This document shows, piece after piece, positions 40,707 through 49,158 of a stretch of DNA of 64,000 nucleotides. This DNA is from an uncultured delta proteobacterium (lineage in GTDB: Bacteria; Desulfobacterota; Desulfobacteria; Desulfobacterales; JAHEIW01). Under the pieces are notes generated by a model that was not told the origin of the DNA, ran no database searches, and saw only the letters and a list, made by a program, of their open reading frames with translations. The stretch's first letter is position 1, and every line of letters starts with the position of its first letter. The DNA lies in NCBI GenBank assembly GCA_963706575.1, contig CAVPNL010000006.1, positions 832,001 through 896,000 of the forward strand, given 5' to 3'. The translations under genes and the position numbers were made by a program.

Positions 40707-40792
40707 CCCACGCTAAGCCGCAAAGCTCGCGAAGAAAAAGATGTTAGCTAAATAAACTTATAATCTTTGCGTCTCGGCGTCTTTGCGTGAGG
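40707..40792. repeat. CGCAAAG-family tandem hairpin element
   Basis: cacgctaagccgcaaagctcgcgaag ... ctttgcgtctcggcgtctttgcgtg. Confidence 0.8.
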
Positions 40793-40809
40793 CTATTCAA
40801 ATGTTTTTC

Positions 40810-41766
40810 TTATTCTTCCAGAGCGATGCGCACCAGCGGAGCCGGTATCCGCTCGGAGGTCACAAAAACCGATTTTCCGTAAAACCCGAAACTTACGGCT
40901 TCCTGCTGGAATAATCTGTCAAAACGCAAACGCTGTGGTTTTCTTTGGAAGGCACTCGTCCAGTCTTCGTTTTGTCTGCGCCTGAAAAGATAACCGTTGT
41001 TGTAAGTCAACACCACCGCTGAATAACCGTCAACTGTCAGATCCATGTCGGTGGGCCAGTTAAGATGCGGAACTGTCGTTAAGCGGCGCGCCACTGCAAT
41101 TGTGTCTGGGTCAATGGGCTCTAACGCTAATTCATAAAGCACCGGCGTTAACCTACGCTTGCTGAGCAAGAAGACGCGTTTCCCGGCTACATCCACCGCT
41201 ACCGCTTCACAATCCAGGGGTCCATCCTCATATGTGAAACGGATCTGCCAGGCAATGGTTGCAACCCTACCATTGTCTATCCCGGTTGCGGTGATGATGG
41301 GTTCTTTTACAACGTAAAGCGTAACGGTTTGGCGCTGCTCCCAGTTGTCGCCAACATCCGCAATCAAAAGGTAGGCGGTATCCTGCCAGCGGAATGAGGC
41401 CAGCGCTTCCCAATCAAAGTTACTGGCCCCCTCTACGCGGAAAGTGCCCAGATCGGCACCATCGATACCAACTGCATACAGCAGCGGGTCAGCGCCGCCG
41501 TCATTGATCGCCCACAGTAACCCGGGGTAAAGACGAGACGATGCCAGACCGCTGGCTTCACTGATTTCTGGGTTTTGCAGATTTCCGGCAATGACCGGTT
41601 CACCGACAACCGGTGGACTCGGGTCTTTTGTCATCAGAGCAGCGCCACAGCCGGCGACGGTAATGATCACGGCCATAAACACCAGCGGCGTAAAGCTCAA
41701 TCCTGCGGTGCCCTTATTCTCGGAGTGTTTTTTTTGTGCTGCCGGTATTATCATTGATGGCCGCAA
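40810..41766 (-). CDS. Exported/lipoprotein beta-propeller-like hypothetical protein
   Basis: EASGLA, WAINDGG, DWEAL, IADVGDN, DCEAV, QQEAV motifs; lipobox VAGC; start uncertain. Confidence 0.75.
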   Translation of the reverse strand: MRPSMIIPAAQKKHSENKGTAGLSFTPLVFMAVIITVAGCGAALMTKDPSPPVVGEPVIAGNLQNPEISEASGLASSRLYPGLLWAINDGGADPLLYAVGIDGADLGTFRVEGASNFDWEALASFRWQDTAYLLIADVGDNWEQRQTVTLYVVKEPIITATGIDNGRVATIAWQIRFTYEDGPLDCEAVAVDVAGKRVFLLSKRRLTPVLYELALEPIDPDTIAVARRLTTVPHLNWPTDMDLTVDGYSAVVLTYNNGYLFRRRQNEDWTSAFQRKPQRLRFDRLFQQEAVSFGFYGKSVFVTSERIPAPLVRIALEE

Positions 41767-41879
41767 TACTCAGGTTTGGGTGATTTTGAGGTTGATTTGC
41801 AGCTTCGATTTTAGTTCCCGGCTGTTTCATATGTCAAGATGTTAAACGTACAAGCGATTAGATCGGTCCAAAAGGATGT

Positions 41880-41912
41880 AAAAAAGGGGGTCACTGAAAG
41901 TGACCCCCTTTT
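41880..41912. terminator. Bidirectional intrinsic terminator
   Basis: aaaaaagggggtcact-gaa-agtgaccccctttt. Confidence 0.85.
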
Positions 41913-41946
41913 ACCATTCACAATGGTTTTGGATTTTTTGTTTGGG

Positions 41947-42594
41947 TTAGTTAGCAAAAATGTTGTCGAGCCGTTCAAGGTCGTTTATCATGCCCCATTC
42001 ACCGCCGCCTTTTTCCACTTTGCTGCGCCAGTCTTCCACACGAGCCATATATTCTTTCGGGTCGATATTATCGCCGCGCAGCTTGGTTACATTCAAAGCG
42101 ATGACATTATAATCCGGCAGTTGAAAGGGGAGATCGCGCTTGTACCCTTTGGCGAGTTCTTCTTTAAGATCAGAGAAGATTAAGATGTATTTTTTGCCGG
42201 ATTCGGCTTCGTTTAAGTATTCGATTGCCTGCAGAATACCACCCGAGATATCGGTATAGGGGCTACCTTTTACCGATTTGACAAACGTATCGACCTGATT
42301 CATGAAAGCCCGCTTTTGGTTGTTGGACACCGAGGGCCGTTCGTCAAAGGTGATTTTTGAGACGATGTCTTTTTCACTGAAGCTTCCGGTGTCGATGCGG
42401 GCCACGGCCAATGTATCTCCGGGTGCCAGAACACCCAGCAGGTAATTGAGAATTTTCTGGGCTTTTTTCAGCTCCACCGCATAGGTGCCCGAGGTGTCCA
42501 GTAGCATATAGACCCCTGTGGAGCGGCTTTTGTTATCGGTGCAGCCTGCAACCAGTATGCAAAAGACGAGCGCCATTGCAAAAAGTTTTTTCAT
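41947..42594 (-). CDS. VWA-domain lipoprotein
   Basis: Lipobox VAGC; LLDTSGT (MIDAS-like), YTDI, IFSD. Confidence 0.85.
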   Translation of the reverse strand: MKKLFAMALVFCILVAGCTDNKSRSTGVYMLLDTSGTYAVELKKAQKILNYLLGVLAPGDTLAVARIDTGSFSEKDIVSKITFDERPSVSNNQKRAFMNQVDTFVKSVKGSPYTDISGGILQAIEYLNEAESGKKYILIFSDLKEELAKGYKRDLPFQLPDYNVIALNVTKLRGDNIDPKEYMARVEDWRSKVEKGGGEWGMINDLERLDNIFAN

Positions 42595-44096
42595 TCCAGC
42601 GGCTCCTTTATTTTCAGGGTTTCCTCAAAGCTGTCGACGGCTTCCTCGACCAGTGATGAATCTTCAGATAGCTCCGCCTCAGGGCTGTCCATCTTTTTGT
42701 CTTTGGATCCCAGAATAATCCCTTCCAGCCAGATGGTCGGGAAAATGGCCAGGTCGTATACATTTACGATAAAGCGCCCGGCGTAAAATCCAACATGGCC
42801 CAGCAGGCGCAGCAAAAAGGCAAACATTCTTAAGAGCCATGCCATCAGTCCGCCCAGTACGGTGCGGGATGAGGACACAAACATTTCCAGCGGAATGGCA
42901 ACAAAAGCCAGGGCGAAGGGCAAAATAAAGCCCATGACCATCTGTCCCACGGTGGGGATGATACTGGTGGTCAAACCGGCTTGTTCGACGCCGGACAGTG
43001 TTTGCCGTAAGGCTTCCATGTCGTGAGCGATGCGGTCCCGCATGAAGGCCAGCGCCGATTCCACACCCGCCAGAATCGCCAGCAGGGTAAAGGTGATGAT
43101 AATCATGCGGTGGCGCATTTTGTCGTCCATGGCGCCGATGATGGGAAACAGCCGTGTAATGCGCAATGATTCCATTAAAAACAGCCCCATGGTCAATTCG
43201 ACCAGAATAATCACCAGACCGGCCACATCGGAGGTTTTGAACGGGCCGATATAGCTGGCGCCGCCGACCATTTCCGACATCGGCAGGGCAATCAGGTTAA
43301 AGTTGATGACGGCCCCTCCGATGGCAATCAGCAGCACCAGAGCAGCGATGGCAAATTGCGTCATGGCCGAGGTCGACAGAGCGCGCGCCGCTTTATCGGA
43401 GCCGGAGCGGATTTTTTCGTACTCGTCCATGTAGCGATCGACTGTTTTGGAGCGCTTTTTAATGTTGGTGATGGATCCGGCGATGCGGTCCAGAGATTTT
43501 TCGATTTTGCGCCAGAACGGCATCATCTTGCTTAAAATTGAATGGCGTGAAGCCGTGGAGTTGCGATAGTCTTCTATCGCTTTTTTGTGCTGATCGGTTA
43601 ACGAACGGTTGATTTCCGCCAGCATATTGGCGACCATCGAATCCCCGGTATGTTTGATTTTAGCAATGGATTCGATAATCGGCATCCAGTTGGGCAACGA
43701 TGGTGGTACATCGGCGCTGCTGGTGAAATCTTCATCCAGCTTGGTGATCATTTCCGACAGCTGGCGGTGAACATTGGGGTAGCCTTCAAGGTCCCGGGTC
43801 ACCGCGGCACCGATACGGTCAAATTCTCGTTCGACGATCCGTTCGGCGTTTTCCAGGCCGGCAGCCATCATCACTTCCCGGTTACGCTTCACCAGTCGTT
43901 TCTCCGCCGAAAGCACAGAGGCCGCCGTAAAGCGCATGGCATTGTAGATGATTTTGCTAAATGACATCACCGCCCGGTGAAACGGTCGGCGCGCAAAATA
44001 AAGCGCGAGCAGAAACAATATAATCCATATTAATATGGATAGTGCCGGACTGCTCGTTATATTCAACATGTTGGCAAATGTCATAGAACCCTCCAT
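42591..44096 (-). CDS. Uncharacterised multi-pass membrane protein with a long helical region
   Basis: N-terminal TM, long helical segment, several C-terminal TMs; ATGA overlap with the VWA gene. Confidence 0.8.
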   Translation of the reverse strand: MEGSMTFANMLNITSSPALSILIWIILFLLALYFARRPFHRAVMSFSKIIYNAMRFTAASVLSAEKRLVKRNREVMMAAGLENAERIVEREFDRIGAAVTRDLEGYPNVHRQLSEMITKLDEDFTSSADVPPSLPNWMPIIESIAKIKHTGDSMVANMLAEINRSLTDQHKKAIEDYRNSTASRHSILSKMMPFWRKIEKSLDRIAGSITNIKKRSKTVDRYMDEYEKIRSGSDKAARALSTSAMTQFAIAALVLLIAIGGAVINFNLIALPMSEMVGGASYIGPFKTSDVAGLVIILVELTMGLFLMESLRITRLFPIIGAMDDKMRHRMIIITFTLLAILAGVESALAFMRDRIAHDMEALRQTLSGVEQAGLTTSIIPTVGQMVMGFILPFALAFVAIPLEMFVSSSRTVLGGLMAWLLRMFAFLLRLLGHVGFYAGRFIVNVYDLAIFPTIWLEGIILGSKDKKMDSPEAELSEDSSLVEEAVDSFEETLKIKEPLE

Positions 44097-44308
44097 TTAA
44101 AATTTTGAATACGGCAAAAGATGAGGACAACATGACCGGGTCAAATGGGGCTATTAGACGGCAGCTTTCGGAAATAAATTTTGTACTATCAGCTTATCAA
44201 AAAACAGGGTCAATTTCAATTTTATGGAGTCCTCAATCAGCTATATATATGATATTATATTAAATAATATTTTTTTGGTTTTAAAATTTCGAGGTTTTCA
44301 ATATAAAT

Positions 44309-44344
44309 GAAAGCCACCTCCCGTTTCCCATGGAAGTGGCTTTC
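44309..44344 (-). terminator. Probable terminator hairpin
   Basis: gaaagccac...gtggctttc. Confidence 0.55.
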
Positions 44345-44385
44345 TGATAAAACGTGATTCCGCAGAATCCTCTTTTATTTTTGGC

Positions 44386-44802
44386 TTACTGGGTTATTTC
44401 AAAATTAATCGTTTCCAGCAGATTACCCGATGTGTCCAGGACATCCACCCGCCAGGGGCCAATCTCATGAGATTGAATGGCCTTTGAACTGTATGTTCGC
44501 CAATTGGCGGCCTTGACCGCCAGAGAAACCCGGGCGCGTTCAACATCGCCGTAACTCCAAACGTGAACAACCTCGGTGGGGATTTCGGTACTCACCGCTT
44601 TTGTAAAACAATACAGCCGGGATACCGAATTCGAAAATTGAGTTCCGACATCCACTGCTTCCCGTTGGACGACATCTTTGCAGATGGCGGCGGCAACGAC
44701 TTGAATTTTACTTGCTTCCTGGGCCCCGGCAGCCGGAATCAGCAGGCACAGGGAAATAAGACATGCCAGTACACCTGAAAACGAAACCATTTTTTTCATC
44801 AA
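44386..44802 (-). CDS. DUF2914 family exported protein
   Basis: LYCFT, HVW, WRTYSSK, GPWRVDV. Confidence 0.88.
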   Translation of the reverse strand: MMKKMVSFSGVLACLISLCLLIPAAGAQEASKIQVVAAAICKDVVQREAVDVGTQFSNSVSRLYCFTKAVSTEIPTEVVHVWSYGDVERARVSLAVKAANWRTYSSKAIQSHEIGPWRVDVLDTSGNLLETINFEITQ

Positions 44803-44977
44803 ACTGTCCTCCTTGCATCCGAATTGATCGATGAACGCTCACTTGCAAGATCACCGTTTTGAATAAACCCAACGATTTAGTATCGGTATAAATTATAGTA
44901 AACTTTAGAAAAATTTCAAAGCCGTTGGTTAAAAAAACCAGAAGCCCTGCGGCGTGATGGCATGGGAATGGGTTTTT

Positions 44978-45123
44978 TAGAACCCATCTCAAAAATAGGA
45001 TTTTGGTTCAAGATCGCGGCAGAGCCGAGTTTAAAACCGGAGGCATACTGTTGTATGTTGAGGATTTTAAACGAGGCTCCAACAAAGATATTGGGCCAAA
45101 AGACATTTTTGAGATGGGTTCTA
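44978..45123. mobile_element. MITE family A, reference-like copy
   Basis: TAGAACCCATCTCAAAAAT ... ATTTTTGAGATGGGTTCTA. Confidence 0.9.
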
Positions 45124-45229
45124 GGCACGGGTGGACACAGCGTATACCGCGGTTGCGGCGCACCTGAGATGGAAGCGCGCCCATGGGGAATAGGGGGTGT
45201 TTGATTTGCGATAGTTGAAGAAAAATTTG

Positions 45230-45754
45230 TTATTCTTTTTGTTTTTTAACATTGCCTTCAAATTGTGAAGGCTGGCTGAAGTATTTATCGGAGTTCGTAT
45301 TTAAGGCCTCCAGCCGGTAGCGGTAATACCCGATACGCACCCGCTTGTTTTTTTGAGATCCGAAATAGTCGAGCGGTTTTTCCTCAAGTTCGGCGATTTT
45401 GGCTTCCAGCCGTTCTCTTTCCGCCGCGATACGTTCCTCCTGGGTGGGTTCCCTGTTTTGTTCTGCCGCTGCCGCCTTTTTTCTATCTTCGGCTGCTTGC
45501 CGTTGCTCTTCTTCGTCAAGGTCTCTGAGAAGCTCGGTCAGCTCTCTATTTTCCGTATCTGTGCGCTGCTGATCGGCATCTGCGTCGTACGGTTCCTCTT
45601 TGAATACCATCTTCACGTCGGCGGCATTTTCGGGCGGCTGGTTGCCGAAATGCTTGACCCCGCTTTCATCGGTCCAGGAATAAATATCCGCGTTTGAAGC
45701 CGGAACCCACAGCAGGATTCCAATAAGGAAAATTAGGGTAATTAGAGATTTCAT
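45230..45754 (-). CDS. DUF4124 family secreted protein
   Basis: Signal peptide, ADIYSWTDESGVKHFGNQPP. Confidence 0.85.
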   Translation of the reverse strand: MKSLITLIFLIGILLWVPASNADIYSWTDESGVKHFGNQPPENAADVKMVFKEEPYDADADQQRTDTENRELTELLRDLDEEEQRQAAEDRKKAAAAEQNREPTQEERIAAERERLEAKIAELEEKPLDYFGSQKNKRVRIGYYRYRLEALNTNSDKYFSQPSQFEGNVKKQKE

Positions 45755-45826
45755 AAAGCACCTTTCATCGGGGTCAATATAATAATGAAAAATTTCAGTG
45801 TCAATTAAGGCCCAATCTCCGGGCGC

Positions 45827-46378
45827 CTATTCTTTTTGTTCAACAAAAGATCTTAAAATTTCACCCTGTTGTGCCGCAACGCCATCAAATTTCATTCCAA
45901 ATCCCCGCAGGCTGCCCCAGGAGATGGTTCCGGCGAGTTTGAAGGGTTTGCTATGGTTAGGCAATGTAAAATTCAGCTCTACTTTCTGACCGATGGTAAA
46001 TTTTTCATTGGTCTCGATAAACACCCCACCGATGCTGATGTCTAATATGTAGCTCTTAAAGTCTTTGTTCTGGACACGGTAATTGGCATTAATCAGACAC
46101 GGCTTGCGTGGATTTTCCCGCATCGAAGAATCGTTTCCTTCCAGGCTGACGGTTCTTTCGGGCAGTTCAACGGCCGGCATGCCGTCCAATTGCTCCAGCA
46201 AAATGATCTGCTGTTCTTCAGACATATCTATAATTAATTTACACAACCGAGCGGTTACATCATCGCCGATAAGTTGCTTTAAAAGGATCAGTTTTTTGTC
46301 TTTGGGCATGTCGCTGATCAGTTTGAACAGGCGGGCGGTGATGCCATATCTACCTAACTGAAGATCCGTATCCAGCAT
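45827..46378 (-). CDS. PilZ domain protein
   Basis: RENPR and DISIGG c-di-GMP-binding motifs, GFGMKF. Confidence 0.9.
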   Translation of the reverse strand: MLDTDLQLGRYGITARLFKLISDMPKDKKLILLKQLIGDDVTARLCKLIIDMSEEQQIILLEQLDGMPAVELPERTVSLEGNDSSMRENPRKPCLINANYRVQNKDFKSYILDISIGGVFIETNEKFTIGQKVELNFTLPNHSKPFKLAGTISWGSLRGFGMKFDGVAAQQGEILRSFVEQKE

Positions 46379-46505
46379 TTGTTCGCTCCTTTGGGTTAAT
46401 GGCTACGATACGGCTAAAATTTTATTGGTAAACACGGCGGGTGTCAATATTTATTTTTGATTTTAAGCGGTTAGCGGTAGCCAAACCGATAAAACGCGAT
46501 GGTAT

Positions 46506-46812
46506 TAGATGCCATCTTAAAAATGCATTTAACACCCGATGGTGCAGTTTTAAACCTATATAAAGTTCTTACAATAACAAATGAGCTAAAATTAAAAATG
46601 ATCTAAAATGCCTAAAATTATGGTCTCGCTCGCGCAGCGCAGGCGCTTGCGCCGCGTGGCGCTCCTTCTTTTATTATAAATATGACAGAATTCCTCAACT
46701 TTAGGCATTTTAGCTCATTTTAGTCATTTTAGGCACTTCTAACTTTAGAGCACCTTTGGAACTTTTTTTATCTGTCTTCGAAGATGAACTGCTAATTGAG
46801 AGATAGCCTATA
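46506..46812. mobile_element. Composite MITE-like element B, copy 2
   Basis: Same arms and core as 6715-7005; TIR-like ends tagatgccatcttaaaaat / aattgagagatagcctata. Confidence 0.8.
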
Positions 46813-46818
46813 GTAAGG

Positions 46819-47232
46819 TTAAGGGGCCACAATTTCAAATTCCGTGGTGATTTGAGCCACGCCTCTGACGGTGGTGGCCACCGAGCAGTATTTATCCTGG
46901 GAAAGACGGATAGCCTGCTCAACGGCTTTTTCCGTCAAATCTCTACCGCCCAGCCGATATTTCAGATGGATTTTCCGATAGGTCCAGGGCGGATCCGGGT
47001 CCTGTTCCCCGGTGATGGTGACTTCCAGCAGTGTCAATTTCAAACGTTTTTTCTCTAAAATTTCAACCACATCCACCGATGAACACGAGGCCAGCGCAAC
47101 CAGCAGCATCTGGGAGGGACTGACGCCGATGCCGTTTTTTTGGCCGGATAATACAACCGAGTGGCCGGTTGAATCCACCCCGACAAAGTTTCTTTCATTT
47201 AACCAGTGGACCGTCGCTGTTGCCATTGCCAT
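46819..47232 (-). CDS. OsmC/YhfA family protein
   Basis: SPSQMLLVALASC, LSQDKYCSV. Confidence 0.9.
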   Translation of the reverse strand: MAMATATVHWLNERNFVGVDSTGHSVVLSGQKNGIGVSPSQMLLVALASCSSVDVVEILEKKRLKLTLLEVTITGEQDPDPPWTYRKIHLKYRLGGRDLTEKAVEQAIRLSQDKYCSVATTVRGVAQITTEFEIVAP

Positions 47233-47295
47233 GTCTCCTTTTTTACGCGTTAAGAACTCTATCCTTTAAAACCCAGTTTGCAACGCTTTATATCG

Positions 47296-49005
47296 TCAAA
47301 TACCGTTGATAATTTTTATGATGACCAGTGTGATGTCGTCGGCTGGTGCAACACCCTGCTGAAAACGATGCAAGGCATTCAGGATGGTATCCTGAATTTT
47401 TGCAGCCGAGCGATGCGAATTTTGGCGAATGATATCGTAGGTGGCCTGCCGGCCGAACATTTCATCCATTTGATTGCGGGCTTCCCAAATGCCGTCTGTG
47501 CTCAACAAAATAATCTGACCGGCAGCCAGATCGGCGCGATTATTTTCTGCATACTGCCAGCCGTCATCAATTCCTAAGGCGATACCTTTGCCGCTCAACT
47601 CCTCAAAGCGATCTGTCGCCGGGTCATAGAGCGTTGCGGGTTCATGTCCGGCGCGCACCCAGCCCAGGCTGCGACTGTTCATATCGATTTGAAGGTAGAA
47701 CAGGGTTATGAAGCGGCCGGTATCCTCCACGTCCCGTGTCAGCTGGTGATTGACGTCACCAACAATTTCGGCGATGCCGCCGGACAGCGCCGTGCGCTGC
47801 CGCATAAAAGCACGGGCTGAAGCCATCAGCAGGGCGGATGGGATGCCGTGCTCGGACACATCGCCGATAACAACGCCATATTTTTTTTTATCCGTCCCGG
47901 CGGCATCGAAAAAATCAAAATAATCGCCACCGGTCTCATCACAATAGATGCTTTTGCCAGCAATATCTAACCCGCAAAACCGGGGATCCTTACCGGGCAG
48001 CAGATTTTGCTGCACTTCTTTGGCCAGATCCAGTGATTGGCGCAACCGATAGCGGTCCTTGAGGCCTTCGGTCATCTGATTGAAATTTTCGGCCAGCGCG
48101 CCCAGTTCATCGTTGCTGTTAACCGTTACGGCTGCCGTCAGATCCCCGTTTTCAACTTTGGCCATGGCGGCTTCCATGCGTCGGACCGGATCGACGATAC
48201 CGGTTGAAAACGTGCGGGATAAAATTATGGCCACAGCCAGGGTCACAATCAACAAAAAAGCCGTCAAATATAACAGGCTCTGGATGACTTCTGCCGGATC
48301 CATGACGAGCATCATGCTGGCTTTGTTATACGATAGGACCGCCATCATGATCAGTGGTAAAATGCTGGCTAAAACAAAGATAACGAACATACGACCGCGC
48401 AACTTCAGGCGAAACACCCCCGGGGTTCTGGCCAGGCCGCCTTCAGGGAAAAAGTCAGGCCAGATTTTCTTACATTGGGATTCGGTGGTGAAAAAGATGA
48501 TGGCACAGGTAATGATCCCGGCGATGATGATGCCGATAAAAACTCTTAGCCCCTCAACCAGCCCAACGGTGGCTGATGCGCCCTGGCCGGATTCGGAAAT
48601 CAAGATGTATGCCGTCATCGTAATGGCGGCTAAAAACCAGTTAAAAAGACTCATCAATGCAGAAATATAAGGCAAATCAAGAATTTTGTGCTGCGCTTTT
48701 TTTTGAAGAACCGGGTCAATCTCCTGTTCAAGTCGTTTGAGGTCAGCAAATCGATTCAGATCTTTTTGCCAGTTGTTAAAAAAAACCATCGCAATAATCA
48801 CAAGCCCCACGAACATGATCCCGACGACATAAAACGTGTTTTGAACCTGCTGGGCCGGGAATACCTGATCAAAAAAAACAAAATACGATGTGACAATGCA
48901 GGCTCCGGCAAAGTTGGCAACCATCTGCAGCCAACCGATCGGCCTTCCAAAATAAGACATTATCCGATTTGAATTCCAGTATTTTGATGTTTTGTCTGTC
49001 ATCAT
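47296..49005 (-). CDS. Membrane HAMP plus SpoIIE/PP2C phosphatase
   Basis: TM helices, NDELGAL HAMP, GGDYFD, GDVSEHG, AGHEP, TDGIWEA, DDITL. Confidence 0.92.
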   Translation of the reverse strand: MMTDKTSKYWNSNRIMSYFGRPIGWLQMVANFAGACIVTSYFVFFDQVFPAQQVQNTFYVVGIMFVGLVIIAMVFFNNWQKDLNRFADLKRLEQEIDPVLQKKAQHKILDLPYISALMSLFNWFLAAITMTAYILISESGQGASATVGLVEGLRVFIGIIIAGIITCAIIFFTTESQCKKIWPDFFPEGGLARTPGVFRLKLRGRMFVIFVLASILPLIMMAVLSYNKASMMLVMDPAEVIQSLLYLTAFLLIVTLAVAIILSRTFSTGIVDPVRRMEAAMAKVENGDLTAAVTVNSNDELGALAENFNQMTEGLKDRYRLRQSLDLAKEVQQNLLPGKDPRFCGLDIAGKSIYCDETGGDYFDFFDAAGTDKKKYGVVIGDVSEHGIPSALLMASARAFMRQRTALSGGIAEIVGDVNHQLTRDVEDTGRFITLFYLQIDMNSRSLGWVRAGHEPATLYDPATDRFEELSGKGIALGIDDGWQYAENNRADLAAGQIILLSTDGIWEARNQMDEMFGRQATYDIIRQNSHRSAAKIQDTILNALHRFQQGVAPADDITLVIIKIINGI

Positions 49006-49158
49006 TGCACCTTAAAATTTTAGGTGAAAACATCGATTCGCTAAAATAGTGACTTCAATTTGAATTTCTTTTTGACAGCAAGATTGCTTTTATCTATTAT
49101 TTTCTGGCATATCAGCGCAACAAAATTTTAAACTTCTTCCCAAAAAGGATGATGAACA

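Noticed and set aside
44916..45204. ORFs overlapping MITE copies (also 46710-46922, 57064-57261, 63041-63280)
   Set aside because: They are chance reading frames through repeat elements.
24937..49005. Prophage or active integron explaining the long minus-strand gene run
   Set aside because: No phage structural genes, integrase or recurring attC sites; only one degenerate attC-like site.
49006..49158. Glycine riboswitch upstream of the gcvT fusion
   Set aside because: No GGAGA/CCGAAG/CTCAGG aptamer motifs; the spacer is short and AT-rich.
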